A stretch of 64,000 bases of DNA from contig JAGWOC010000005.1 of NCBI GenBank assembly GCA_028872875.1, forward strand, positions 4,114-68,113, written 5' to 3'. This document shows positions 9,409 through 19,148 of the stretch, piece after piece; within the stretch, counting starts at the first letter, position 1, and the number at the start of each line of letters is the position of its first letter. Source of the DNA: Chloroflexota bacterium. GTDB taxonomy: Bacteria; Chloroflexota; Dehalococcoidia; DSTF01; JACRBR01. The translations under genes and the position numbers were made by a program. The notes under the pieces were generated by a model. The model was not told where the DNA came from, did not search any database, and saw nothing but the letters and a program-made list of their open reading frames with translations.

Positions 9409-10609
9409 GCAGGTAATCGAGCGGGTTCTCGCGGACGCCGTTATCGATCACCTCGAAGTGTAAGTGACGCCCGGTCGAGTACCCCGTGGACCCGATGATG
9501 CCGAGTGTCTGGCCCTGCGCCACGTGCTGGCCCTGCGTCACCGCGATCGAGCTGAGGTGCCCGTACAGCGTCTCGATGCCGCCCGGGCTCATCAGGATGA
9601 CGTGCAGTCCGTAGGAGCAGCAGGCGTTGCCGCCGGCGAAGATCACGGTGCCGCTGGTCGCGGCGACGATTGGCGCGCCGGCAAGGTTGTAGCCGTCGAT
9701 GTCGATCCCGAGCGGGTGCCAGGGGCAGTAGCAGCTTGAGATCGGGCCGACCACGGGCCAGATCAGGCCCTTGCCAGGGTGCGCGCTGAACGGACCGCCC
9801 GGGGGCGCGCCGGAGGCGGCGCCCGAGCTACCGCCAGGTGCGGCCGCGGTCTGGGCGTCCGGCACGGGTGTCGTGGTGGGCGCCGGGGCCGCGACCGGCG
9901 CGGCGACGGGCGCGGGGATCGTGGCGCCCGGCACGAAGAGGAGCTGCGTCTCCTTGATCGCATCGGGTGACGTGATGTGGTTGGGCGCGAACGACGTGAC
10001 GGCCGAGACATCGACGTTGTAGCGCGCCGCGATGTCGCTCAGCGTCTCGCCGTACCGCACTTCGTGGAGGATGCCGTTGCCGGCGGGGATGATGATGGAC
10101 TGCCCCAGTGCCAGAACGTTCGAGTCCTGGATCTCCGCGTTGTTCGCGATGATGTACTGCGTGTCGATCCCGAAGCGGGCGGCGATGGCGCTGAGCGTGT
10201 CGCCTGCCTGCACCTGGTAGACCTGGTACGGCGGCAGGTCCAGCGTCGCCACGCTGGCCGCGCGCACGGCCGCGCCCTCGCCCGGCGCCGAAGACACGGG
10301 CGAGGGTGCGGCCGTCGGCGAAACGCTGAGCGAAGCCAGTTGCGCCGCGACCTGCCGCGCCATCGCTGGCACCGGCTCCACCGCGGGTGAGGTCCTGTTC
10401 TCGACGTCCGCGCGGACCACCGTGTCCTGCACGACGGGGATGCTCGAGCCGACGCCGGGCAGCGACAGCCCGGTGACGGGTTCGGCAAAGGCGTGCGCCC
10501 GCCCCGCCAGCACGGTGCCGGAGATCGTCGCGTACGTGACAGAGAGAAGGATGATCGCCAGCACCAGGCCGTGGATGTAGGGCCTGCGCCTCAGGCGCAC
10601 CGCGTGCAT
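9371..10609 (-). CDS. LysM-domain M23-family metallo-endopeptidase (peptidoglycan hydrolase).
   Basis: 412 aa. N-terminal TM, two LysM repeats ('YQVQAGDTLSAIAARFG', 'HEVRYGETLSDIAARYN'), and a C-terminal M23 signature 'GYSTGRHLHFEV'. Confidence 0.9.
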   Translation of the reverse strand: MHAVRLRRRPYIHGLVLAIILLSVTYATISGTVLAGRAHAFAEPVTGLSLPGVGSSIPVVQDTVVRADVENRTSPAVEPVPAMARQVAAQLASLSVSPTAAPSPVSSAPGEGAAVRAASVATLDLPPYQVYQVQAGDTLSAIAARFGIDTQYIIANNAEIQDSNVLALGQSIIIPAGNGILHEVRYGETLSDIAARYNVDVSAVTSFAPNHITSPDAIKETQLLFVPGATIPAPVAAPVAAPAPTTTPVPDAQTAAAPGGSSGAASGAPPGGPFSAHPGKGLIWPVVGPISSCYCPWHPLGIDIDGYNLAGAPIVAATSGTVIFAGGNACCSYGLHVILMSPGGIETLYGHLSSIAVTQGQHVAQGQTLGIIGSTGYSTGRHLHFEVIDNGVRENPLDYLPGPAACEPGQCQ

Positions 10610-11195
10610 GCGCGCGCGCGGCGCCGTCCTGTCTTGATGCAGTCGCGCTCGCTGATCCCGGAACGAGCGCGGGCTGAGCGTGCCCCTGATGCTCCCCTGC
10701 TCCTACTCGCGGTCGCGCCCCGCCACCGCCCCCCGCAGCGCGAAGCACACCGCGTCCGCGTGCTCCGTGCTGCCACCGCAGCATTCGGCGGCTATTGTAC
10801 CCCGGCGTCCACCCGGCCGCGTAGCGTGTACCGTGAGGAATTTCACAAGATCGCCGAGGGATCTCCGGGACCAAAGCTACGCCAGAAGCGCTTCGCGGTG
10901 GCGGCGGCGGCACGAGGCGCACGTCGCCGCGTCCTTCGGGCTGGAGCCGTGGAAGACGCGCCGTGACGAGCCGGCGTGGACGTGCTGCCGACGCTGACGG
11001 TCGTCGATGGCACGTGCAGTCACGGGCGGGACGGCGTCGAACGCGTCATCGAGCAGGCGCGGGCGTACGCGCGGCGCTGGCTGTAGGGGCGCGACGGTCC
11101 CGGGCGCGCGCCACATCGCGGCTCGCGCGCCCCGGCGGGCGGGCATACAATCGTCGCGATCCAGCAGTTGCGAGTAAGGACGAGGAGGAGAGCCC

Positions 11196-12149
11196 GTGCC
11201 CAGCGTCCCGACCGTCACCGGCCCCGCCGACACCAGCGCCCTCGGCTTCACGCTCATGCACGAGCACGTGTTCGTGCTCTCCGAGGGCGTGGTCGCGAAC
11301 TTCCCGCGGCTCTGGCCGCGCGAGCGGCGGATGGGCGAGGCCGTCGCGGCGCTGCGTGAGGCGAAGGCGCACGGCGTCGAGACGGTCGTCGACCTGACGG
11401 TGCTGGGCCTGGGGCGCGACGTCGCTACCGTGCGCGAGATCGCGCGGCAGGCGGGCATCCGGGTGATTGCGGCGACCGGGCTGTACACGTACGATGCGCT
11501 GCCGCACTACTTCGAGTCGCGCAGCCCCGACCACATGGCCGACCTCTTCGTGCAGGACATCGAAGAAGGGATCCAGGGGACGGACATCCGCGCGGGCATC
11601 CTGAAGTGTGCAACCGACCAGCAGGGCGTGACGACAGGCGTGGAGAAGGTGCTGCGCGCGGTCGCGCGCGCGCACCGGCGCACCGGCGTGCCGATCTCGA
11701 CGCACACGCACGCGGCCAGCGAGCAGGGGCTGCGCCAGCAGGAGATCTTCGAGCAGGAGGGCGTCGACCTGCGCCGCGTGGTCATCGGCCACAGCGGCGA
11801 CAGCGAAGACATCGCCTACCTTCAGAAGCTGATGGCGCGCGGCTCCTACATCGGCATGGACCGCTTCGGCATCGACATGCTGCTACCGACGGACAAGCGC
11901 GTCGCGACGATCGCCAAGCTGTGCGCGCTCGGGCACGCGGACCGGATGGTGCTGTCGCACGACGCGAGCTGCCACATCGATTGGTTCGACGAGGCGATGA
12001 TCCGGCAGGCGGTGCCGCGGTGGAACTTCCTGCACATCCCGGACGACGTGATCCCGGCGCTCAAGGCCGCGGGGGTGAGCGACGACCAGATCCGGCTGAT
12101 GACGGTGGACAACCCGCGGCGCATCTTCGAGGCGCAGGGGCCGTACTGA
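11196..12149 (+). CDS. Phosphotriesterase-family (PTE/Php, amidohydrolase superfamily) metal-dependent hydrolase.
   Basis: 317 aa. Has the 'GFTLMHEHV' H-x-H motif, and the ...HTHA... and ...SHDASCHID... metal ligands. GTG start with GGAGGAG 7 nt upstream. Confidence 0.85.
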   Translation: MPSVPTVTGPADTSALGFTLMHEHVFVLSEGVVANFPRLWPRERRMGEAVAALREAKAHGVETVVDLTVLGLGRDVATVREIARQAGIRVIAATGLYTYDALPHYFESRSPDHMADLFVQDIEEGIQGTDIRAGILKCATDQQGVTTGVEKVLRAVARAHRRTGVPISTHTHAASEQGLRQQEIFEQEGVDLRRVVIGHSGDSEDIAYLQKLMARGSYIGMDRFGIDMLLPTDKRVATIAKLCALGHADRMVLSHDASCHIDWFDEAMIRQAVPRWNFLHIPDDVIPALKAAGVSDDQIRLMTVDNPRRIFEAQGPY

Positions 12150-12290
12150 CGGCAACGCCCCCACGCCGGCGGCGTTGATCTCGGTGACAGGCGGCGTGCC
12201 GGTGCGCCTCCGATTGTGACGCGGGGAACGCCACGGCTATAATGGGCCGCGAATCCGCCGGAGGTCCACCACCGGCGCCGGGAGTGAGCG

Positions 12291-12749
12291 TTGCCCAAGC
12301 AGAACCGACCGTTCGCACGCGATGGCCGTCTCCAGGCGAAGAAGAAGCGGACCGACCGCAGCTACCTTCGCCCGACCGCGGCATCAACCGCCGTCGAAGA
12401 GACGCCGCTCATCGAACCGGTCGCGGACGGTGCGGCTGAGGCGGCCATCGATGCGAGGCCCGCTCCCGCGACTCCGGCCGTGGCGACAGCCGGCGGCGGG
12501 GCTGCTGCGAGCGGCGAGCCACGGCGGGTGGCGGGCAGCGCCGCGCCCGCGGCCGCCACGGCCGCCGGGCGCCTGCCGACGACCGTCCGTGCCATGCAGC
12601 AGCAGGGGGTCCGGAAGCGCCGCGAGTTCGACGTCCAGGCGCTGGCCATGCGCGATTCGGCCTACGCGCTCCACGAGCTGCGCCGCATCTTCATCCTGGC
12701 GTCGATGGTGGTCATCACGCTCGTCGTGCTCTGGTTCGTGCTCCGGTAG
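12291..12749 (+). CDS. Hypothetical Ala-rich protein with a C-terminal TM anchor.
   Basis: 152 aa from a TTG start; low-complexity N-terminus and hydrophobic C-terminus 'IFILASMVVITLVVLWFVL'. Weak gene model. Confidence 0.3.
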   Translation: MPKQNRPFARDGRLQAKKKRTDRSYLRPTAASTAVEETPLIEPVADGAAEAAIDARPAPATPAVATAGGGAAASGEPRRVAGSAAPAAATAAGRLPTTVRAMQQQGVRKRREFDVQALAMRDSAYALHELRRIFILASMVVITLVVLWFVLR

Positions 12750-12781
12750 CTGCCCGCGCAGCAGCGCCGTGTGGGCAGCGC

Positions 12782-13171
12782 TCACGCGGCGGCGAGGAAG
12801 CCCATCTCGCCGATGGCGGCCGCGTCCTCCGGGAAGTACAGCGTGGTGATGTGCCAGACGCCGGCGGCGGCGGTGATCCGCTCGCGGATCCGGAAGAGGG
12901 CGTCGTGCATGCCGGCGGGGCCGGTTTCGACGAGCAGCACCACGAGCATGTCCTCGTACGGCCGGGCCACCACGTCGGAGGTGCGGATGGCGGACCGCAG
13001 CACCTCGACCGCGCGCGCGGCCTTCACGCGGACCGGCAGGCCATCCGACGCCGGCAACGCCTCGCACACGAGCACCCCGAACGGGTGGCCGTAGCGGCGG
13101 GCGCGATCCAGCTCTTCGCGGATGCGGACGCGCAGTTGCGTGAGGTCAAGGAGCCGCGGGTCCCGCTCCAT
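12782..13171 (-). CDS. Stand-alone degenerate GGDEF-like domain protein (GGDEF motif replaced).
   Basis: 129 aa. 'RARRYGHPFGVLVCE' resembles the GGDEF-domain 'RxxRYxxPxSLxxxDxD' segment. 'ARPYEDMLVVLL' sits where 'RYGGEEFxxLL' would be. GGAGG RBS 8 nt upstream. Confidence 0.5.
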   Translation of the reverse strand: MERDPRLLDLTQLRVRIREELDRARRYGHPFGVLVCEALPASDGLPVRVKAARAVEVLRSAIRTSDVVARPYEDMLVVLLVETGPAGMHDALFRIRERITAAAGVWHITTLYFPEDAAAIGEMGFLAAA

Positions 13172-13409
13172 GCCAGTCCTCCGTAGAGATATCGAACCGG
13201 CAGGGCCTCGCCTGCACCCCCCAGCGGGGCAATGCGGCGGGAAGCGTCATATCGAGGCACGATGGCCATGCATAACCGTCGTGGCGCGCTGGGCGGCCTC
13301 GCACGCGGCGGGAGTCCGTCCAACGGGGCCTGTAGCGTGTGGGTCCGGCTTCACGGGACGCACAGCCGAGGGCGGCTGCGCTCCACGCCAATGGCCCCTT
13401 CGCACTACG

Positions 13410-13904
13410 CTAGCGCAGGCGCCCGGCGGCGATGAACGACGCGATCCCCAGGGCGATGAGGCCGAAGAGGTCGGCGCGGAGGTCGCGCACCGCCCAGACG
13501 CCGGTCAGGAACAGCAGCGCGACGCGGACCAGGTAGGCGGTCACCACGCCCCCGACCGCGGCGGCCTGGAGGGGCGGCCCGGCCTTGCGGTTCGTGCCGA
13601 GCGACACGATCTCGCCGACGGCGAAGCCCGCCACGAAGCCGACGATCGCGCCGAAGAAGACGGAGGTGAGCGGGTTGAACAGCCACCAGGCGATGCCGAC
13701 GCTGATCCCAGCGCCGAGCGCCGAGCCGGCGGCCCGCGCCAGCATCGCACCGCCGATGTTGTACGTGGGGATGCGGCGCACGTTCGCGCACTCGCGGCAA
13801 CGCGCGCCGACGGGGGTCTGGACAAGGCAGCGGGGGCAGATGGGCTTGCCGCAGCGGCTGCACGTCAGTTCGGTTTCGACGGAGGGATGTGTCGCGCACT
13901 GCAT
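13410..13904 (-). CDS. Zinc-ribbon (C4 x2) N-terminal domain membrane protein.
   Basis: 164 aa. N-terminal 'CSRCGKPICPRC...CRECANV', followed by ~4 hydrophobic helices. Confidence 0.55.
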   Translation of the reverse strand: MQCATHPSVETELTCSRCGKPICPRCLVQTPVGARCRECANVRRIPTYNIGGAMLARAAGSALGAGISVGIAWWLFNPLTSVFFGAIVGFVAGFAVGEIVSLGTNRKAGPPLQAAAVGGVVTAYLVRVALLFLTGVWAVRDLRADLFGLIALGIASFIAAGRLR

Positions 13905-13932
13905 CAGGCGACCGTGAGGGCGGCGCGCGCGA

Positions 13933-14787
13933 TCAACGCACCAGATCCCGGTTCGGCAGGCGCGCGGCAGCTTCGAGGAAGCGCTCGATCGCGGCGTCGG
14001 GCAGGGGGATGTCGCCGGGGAGCGGTTCGTCGTTGCCGAAGATGCCGTGGTAGTCGCTGCCGCCGAGCGGCAGGAGCCCGTGGCGCTCCGCGGTCTGCCG
14101 CAGCCGCTCGATGGTCTCGGGCGGGTAGTCCTTGTAGTAGACCTCCATGGCGGCCATACCCGCCTCGTTCAACTCCGCGAGCAGCGCGTCAAGGCCCTGC
14201 AGGTCGGCGGGGTGCGCGAGGCACGCCATGCCGCCACGCTCGACGATGCAGCGCACGGACTCGGCCGGCGTCATCTTGTCGCGCTCCACGTACGCCGGGC
14301 CGTTGCGGCCGATCCAGCGGTCGAAGGCGTCGGCGACCTTCGGGACGTAGCCGGCTTCGACGAGCGCCTGCGCGATGTGCGGGCGCCCGACGGACGCGTC
14401 GCCAGCGATCTGCTTCACGCGCTCCCACTCGATCATGATGCCCATGCCGCGCAGCTTCTCGACGATGCCGTAGCCGCGGTCGACGCGGCCGGCACGCAGC
14501 CGCCGCAGCATCGCCTGGAGCTCGCCGTCGTCCGGGCTCAGGTAGAGGCCGAGCATGTGCACTTCGGCGCCTTCGATGTCCGTGCCCATCTCGACGCCGG
14601 GAATCAGCGTGTAGCCGGTGTGCCGCCCGGCCGCCGCGCGCGCCTCGGCGATGCCCTCGGTGGAGTCGTGGTCGGTGAGGGCGTGGTAGACGACGCCCTG
14701 GGAGGCGGCGAGGTCGACGAGCGCGGCGGGCGACAGCACGCCGTCGGAGGCGGTGCTGTGTGTGTGAAAGTCGCCCTTACTCGCCAT
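13933..14787 (-). CDS. PHP-domain (polymerase/histidinol phosphatase) family phosphoesterase.
   Basis: 284 aa. N-terminal 'DFHTHSTASDG' and '...LTDHDS...' PHP metal-binding motifs. Its start overlaps the ymdB stop by 11 nt. Confidence 0.85.
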   Translation of the reverse strand: MASKGDFHTHSTASDGVLSPAALVDLAASQGVVYHALTDHDSTEGIAEARAAAGRHTGYTLIPGVEMGTDIEGAEVHMLGLYLSPDDGELQAMLRRLRAGRVDRGYGIVEKLRGMGIMIEWERVKQIAGDASVGRPHIAQALVEAGYVPKVADAFDRWIGRNGPAYVERDKMTPAESVRCIVERGGMACLAHPADLQGLDALLAELNEAGMAAMEVYYKDYPPETIERLRQTAERHGLLPLGGSDYHGIFGNDEPLPGDIPLPDAAIERFLEAAARLPNRDLVR

Positions 14788-15559
14788 CGCGCAGCCACTC
14801 CCTGTCTACCCGCGCGATCGAATGCGCCTGCCCGGACGCAACATCAATCTCGATCAGCACGGAGTTGAACTGTACCGCCTTCGATGTTTCGGCGACAGTG
14901 AAGCGCGCGGGCATGCCCGTCAGGAACTTGCGCAGGACAGGTGCGGGATCGACGCCGATCACCGAGTCGCGCGGGCCGCACATGCCGGTGTCCGTCACAA
15001 ACGCGGTGCCCTTCGGCAGGAGGCGGGCGTCGGCGGTCGGGACGTGGGTGTGCGTGCCGACGACGGCGGAGACGCGTCCATCGAGGTACCAGCCCATCGC
15101 GATTTTCTCGCTCGTCGCCTCGGCGTGCATGTCGACGAGCACCGGTGCGCCGGGCGGCAGCGAGGCGAGCAGGCGGTCGGCGCAGCGAAACGGGTCGTCG
15201 ATCTCGTACATGAAGGTGCGGCCCATGAGGTTGATGACGGTGAGCGGCCCGAGCTGCTCGATGCCGCGGCCAGGCACTCCCTCCGGGTAGTTGGCGGGGC
15301 GCAGGACCTTCGCGTCGCCGCCGAGAAACGGCACGATGTCCGCCTGATCCCAGATGTGATTGCCGGAGGTGATGAGGTCGACGCCGCCGTCGAAGATCTC
15401 CCTGGCGGTGTTGACGGTGAGGCCGCGCCCGGCCGCCGCGTTCTCGCCGTTGGCGATCACGGCGTCGAGCGCGAGCTCACCGCGGAGCGCGGGCACGAGC
15501 GCCGCGACGGCGCGGCGGCCGGGCTTGCCGACGATGTCACCGATGAAGAGCACGCGCAC
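14777..15559 (-). CDS. ymdB: YmdB-like calcineurin-type metallophosphoesterase (2',3'-cNMP phosphodiesterase family, TIGR00282-like).
   Basis: 260 aa. 'MRVLFIGDIVGKPGR', '...ANGENAAAG...' and 'GNHIWD' motifs. GTG start 11 nt downstream of the rny stop, matching the conserved rny-ymdB pairing. Confidence 0.85.
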   Translation of the reverse strand: MRVLFIGDIVGKPGRRAVAALVPALRGELALDAVIANGENAAAGRGLTVNTAREIFDGGVDLITSGNHIWDQADIVPFLGGDAKVLRPANYPEGVPGRGIEQLGPLTVINLMGRTFMYEIDDPFRCADRLLASLPPGAPVLVDMHAEATSEKIAMGWYLDGRVSAVVGTHTHVPTADARLLPKGTAFVTDTGMCGPRDSVIGVDPAPVLRKFLTGMPARFTVAETSKAVQFNSVLIEIDVASGQAHSIARVDREWLRDGE

Positions 15560-15570
15560 GACGGGCCGGC

Positions 15571-17106
15571 TTACCGCGCGTACTCGCTGGCCCGCGTCTC
15601 GCGGACCACGGTCACCTTGATCTGGCCCGGATACTCGAGCGACTCCTCGATCTTCTTGCTGACGTCGCGCGCGAGGCGCATGGACGCCAGGTCGTCGATC
15701 TCCTCCGGCTTCACGATGATGCGGATCTCGCGCCCGGCCTGGATGGCGAACGACTTCTCCACGCCCTTGAAGCTGTTGGCGATCCCTTCGAGCGCTTCCA
15801 GCCGCTTGACGTACAGCTCGAGCGTCTCACGGCGGGCGCCCGGCCGGCTGCCGCTGATGGCGTCGGCGATCTGGACGATGACGGCCTCTGTCGTCTCGAC
15901 CTCGATCTCTTCGTGGTGCGCCTCGATGCAGTGCACGACGGCGGGGCTGACGTTGTAGCGGCGCGCCAGCTCGCCGCCGAGGGCGGCGTGCGTGCCCTCG
16001 ACCTCGTGGTCGATCGCCTTGCCGAGGTCGTGCAGCAGGGCGCCGCGGCGGCAGACGTTGACGTCGGCGCCCACCTCCTCGGCGATCATGGCGGCGATGA
16101 AGGCGGACTCGACGGCGTGCTTGATCTGGTTCTGCCCGTACGAGGTGCGGTACTTCAGGCGCCCGAGGGTCTTCAGGATCTCCGGGTGCAGGCCCGGGCA
16201 GCCGGCCTCGATGGCTGCCTGCTCGCCTGCGGTCTTGATGCTGGCCTGCACCTCCTGCTGCGCCTTCTCGACGACCTCTTCGATGCGTGTGGGGTGGATG
16301 CGGCCGTCCATCACCAGCTTGGTGAGGGCGACGCGCGCGACTTCGCGCCGCACGGGGTCGAAGGCGGAGAGCGTCACCGCGTCCGGGGTATCGTCGATGA
16401 TCAGGTCGACGCCGGTGGCGCCCTCGAGCGCGCGGATATTGCGCCCCTCGCGGCCGATGATGCGGCCCTTCATATCGTCGCTGGGGATGGGCACGACAGA
16501 GACCGTCGTCTCGGTGACGACGTCGTTCATCAGGCGCTGCATGGCGGTGGCGAGGATGCCGCGCGCCCGGCGGTCTCCTTCCTCTCTCGCCTCTGCTTCG
16601 AGGACGCGGACGCGGCGGTTGGCCTCTTCCTGGACCTCCTGCTCGATCTCGCGGAGGAGCAGGTCACGCGCCTCCTGGCTGGTCATGCCGGAGACACGCT
16701 CGACCTCGGCGAGCTTGGCCTTGCGCAACTCTTCGATCTGCGCGCGGGCAGCTTCCTGCTTCTGCTCCTTCTCGGCGAATGCGGTTTCGCGGCGTTCGAG
16801 TGCGTCGAGCTTGCGATCGAGGTTCTCTTCCCTGCTGGCAACGCGCTGCTCAAGCCGCAACACCTCGTCGCGGCGCACCTTGACCTCTTGTTCGGCCTGA
16901 GCACGGAGTTGAAGAGCCTCCTCTTTCGCGGCGAGGAGGAGTTCCTTTTCCTTTGCCTGCGCGTCCCCCAGGATCTTTGCGGCCGCCTGTTCGGCCTCGA
17001 GCTCCTGGTTCCTGGTTGAGCTGCGCCGGACGGCGTAGCCAAGAAGAGCCCCGATCACCAACGCCACGGCGCCGGCCAAAGCGCCGACCACGGCGGTGGC
17101 GATCAT
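15571..17106 (-). CDS. rny: Ribonuclease Y.
   Basis: N-terminal TM, coiled-coil, KH domain ('GREGRNIRALE'), and HD domain ('HAVESAFIAAMIAEE...LLHDLGKA'). Start placed at MIATAVV (ATG 17104-17106, RBS GGAAAGAGAGG); the track ORF extends to 17169. Confidence 0.9.
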   Translation of the reverse strand: MIATAVVGALAGAVALVIGALLGYAVRRSSTRNQELEAEQAAAKILGDAQAKEKELLLAAKEEALQLRAQAEQEVKVRRDEVLRLEQRVASREENLDRKLDALERRETAFAEKEQKQEAARAQIEELRKAKLAEVERVSGMTSQEARDLLLREIEQEVQEEANRRVRVLEAEAREEGDRRARGILATAMQRLMNDVVTETTVSVVPIPSDDMKGRIIGREGRNIRALEGATGVDLIIDDTPDAVTLSAFDPVRREVARVALTKLVMDGRIHPTRIEEVVEKAQQEVQASIKTAGEQAAIEAGCPGLHPEILKTLGRLKYRTSYGQNQIKHAVESAFIAAMIAEEVGADVNVCRRGALLHDLGKAIDHEVEGTHAALGGELARRYNVSPAVVHCIEAHHEEIEVETTEAVIVQIADAISGSRPGARRETLELYVKRLEALEGIANSFKGVEKSFAIQAGREIRIIVKPEEIDDLASMRLARDVSKKIEESLEYPGQIKVTVVRETRASEYAR

Positions 17107-17234
17107 CGGTAGCCTCTCTTTCCTGTGTTCCTTCTCCCTCTGAATGTCGCTCGCGTGCGCCTGTCCCATGCCATGCGAGCGACGCGACCATCATATCGCA
17201 TCGGTCGCGCGAACGGGCAATGATTGGCTTGCTC

Positions 17235-18287
17235 TTACGGTGCCCAGGCGATTTCGCCGTGAAAGGAGCCTGCCGCGATGCGCGTCACGGCGCCGCTCGC
17301 GAGGTCCACGTCGCTCAGCGCCTTCATGCCGAGGACGTACAGGTGCGTGTTGTCGCGCCCCCACGTGAGCGCCGGAAGGTCCTCTTTCAGGTCGGCGACG
17401 CGGCGCGCCCGGCCACCCGCCGCCGGGACCGTCCAGACGTCCTCCGGCAACCCGTCGAGGGACGGCGCGGGCTGTGGCGCGAACGACCGCATCGTCACGT
17501 ACCGGAAGCCGGCGCGCGCCCCGGTCTGGTCCGCGGACGTGAAGGCGATCGTCGCGCCGTCGGGAGAGTAGCGTGGTGAGTTGAACGGCAGCAGGTTCTG
17601 GTCCGGCCCGACGATGACCACGGCGCCGGAACCGTCCAGCGCCGCCGTATCCAGCGTCTCGCCGCCGCTCGGCACGAGCTCGGTGTAGACGATGTGGGTG
17701 CGGTCCGGCGAGAGCCCGAACGTCAGCACGTTCTCCAACAGGCGGGTGCGCTGCCCGGTGGTGATGTCGATGCGCTCGAGGACGTAGGTGACGGATGTGG
17801 TGCCGGCCTTCTGCACGGGCTCCTGCACAACGGCGAGAAGGTGCCCAGCATCGAGCCATTGCGGGAAGCGGACGAGCTGGTTCGGATGCACGTGGATAAA
17901 GACGGCGTGGGCGCCGCTGCCGTCGCGTTGCGCGACCCACAGGTCGGAGCCCGCATCGTAGGTCGTCCCCTGGATCTTCGGCGGTGGCTGGACGACGTAC
18001 GCCAGGCGCGCGCCGTCGTGGGAAACGGCGGGGTCGAGGAGGAACGTGTCGGACGTGGGCTGGGGGATGAGCATCTTCTCATGGTGCGATGCAAGGTCGA
18101 TCTCGGCGATGCCCTTCGGCCGAGTGAGGATGAGCGCACCCGGGCCGTGCGAAGACGAGCCGTTCGCGCCCGCGCCGGCCACCTGCGGCGACGCGGCAGA
18201 GGGCGCCGGCGATGCACCGCCGCCACACGCGGAGAGGGCGATGCCGGCAATGAGCGCGCAGGCGATGGCGAGGCGGCGCGGGGTCAC
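17235..18287 (-). CDS. Lipoprotein with a WD40-like (PD40/TolB-type) beta-propeller.
   Basis: 350 aa. Lipobox 'IALSACGG'. Repeated 'SPDG/SHDG...A' PD40-like motifs. Confidence 0.7.
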   Translation of the reverse strand: MTPRRLAIACALIAGIALSACGGGASPAPSAASPQVAGAGANGSSSHGPGALILTRPKGIAEIDLASHHEKMLIPQPTSDTFLLDPAVSHDGARLAYVVQPPPKIQGTTYDAGSDLWVAQRDGSGAHAVFIHVHPNQLVRFPQWLDAGHLLAVVQEPVQKAGTTSVTYVLERIDITTGQRTRLLENVLTFGLSPDRTHIVYTELVPSGGETLDTAALDGSGAVVIVGPDQNLLPFNSPRYSPDGATIAFTSADQTGARAGFRYVTMRSFAPQPAPSLDGLPEDVWTVPAAGGRARRVADLKEDLPALTWGRDNTHLYVLGMKALSDVDLASGAVTRIAAGSFHGEIAWAP

Positions 18288-18296
18288 AGGGCCAGC

Positions 18297-18956
18297 CTAC
18301 TCGATGAACCCTGAGAGATCATCTTCCCCTGGCGCACCGCCGAGGTCGCGCCAGCAGCGGTCGATGGCGGCGCGCGCCGCGTCCCAGCCGAAGCCGCGGC
18401 GCTGCAGGAACGACGCGAGGCGCGTGCGGAAGGTCTGGTAGTCCAGCGACCCCATCGCGCGGCTGCGGCGCGCCGCCGCCCGGTACGCGGCGTCCTCGTC
18501 GGACAGGGACGCGGTCGCATCGGCGGCGAGGCCGGCGTCGACGCCGCGCGCGCGCAGCTCCCGCACGATGAGCCGGCGCCCCCGCGGGCTCGTGCTATCG
18601 CGCGATGCCGCCCAACTCTGCGCGAACTCGGCGTCGTCGATGAGGTGCGCCGACTGGAGCCTGGCGACCGTTTCGTCGATCAGGGCGGGCTCGGTACGGC
18701 GCTGCGCGAGCCGCCGCCGTATCTCGCGCTCGCTGTGCGGGCGGCGGGCGAGCATGGCGGCGGCGTGGCGCATCGCCTGCCGGCGCAGGTCCAGCCGCAC
18801 GATGTCCTCGACCTGAGCGGCGTCGATGGGCAGGCCGGGCCGCAACCCGCGCTCACGTGCCAGATCGCGGCCGACGTCGAAGCACCGCTCGCCGTCGATG
18901 CAGACGTCGACGCGGCCGCGGCGGCGCGGGGTGCGCTCGATGGCGGTGATGATCAT
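18297..18956 (-). CDS. recX: Recombination regulator RecX.
   Basis: Three-repeat helical architecture. Conserved RecX core 'RRGRVDVCIDGERCFDVGRDLARERGLRPG...'. Start placed at MIITAIE; the track ORF extends to 19013. Confidence 0.75.
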   Translation of the reverse strand: MIITAIERTPRRRGRVDVCIDGERCFDVGRDLARERGLRPGLPIDAAQVEDIVRLDLRRQAMRHAAAMLARRPHSEREIRRRLAQRRTEPALIDETVARLQSAHLIDDAEFAQSWAASRDSTSPRGRRLIVRELRARGVDAGLAADATASLSDEDAAYRAAARRSRAMGSLDYQTFRTRLASFLQRRGFGWDAARAAIDRCWRDLGGAPGEDDLSGFIE

Positions 18957-19148
18957 CGGGACCCGTCCTGCGGCCGGCCTGTGTTGCGTGTCTGTCTGTC
19001 CCGCCCCTCCCACGCTCTCGCGCCGCGCCCGTCCCGGCCACGCTCCGCCTGAACAGATTCGCGTTTACTCACGGAAGATTCGTCCTCGCTTCATGTCCCG
19101 TTCATCGCGGCTGGCCATCCTGCCCCGGGAAGGGTGAGGAGGAACGGC

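Noticed and set aside
9174-9416. 80-aa plus-strand ORF between kdpD-N and the peptidase.
   Set aside because: It lies within the direct repeat and overlaps the peptidase 3' end on the opposite strand. Arg/Pro/Gly-rich with no RBS. Judged non-coding.
10680-10997. 105-aa plus-strand ORF in the long intergenic region upstream of the PTE gene.
   Set aside because: No RBS. Ser/Arg/Pro-rich low-complexity translation. More likely non-coding leader/promoter DNA.
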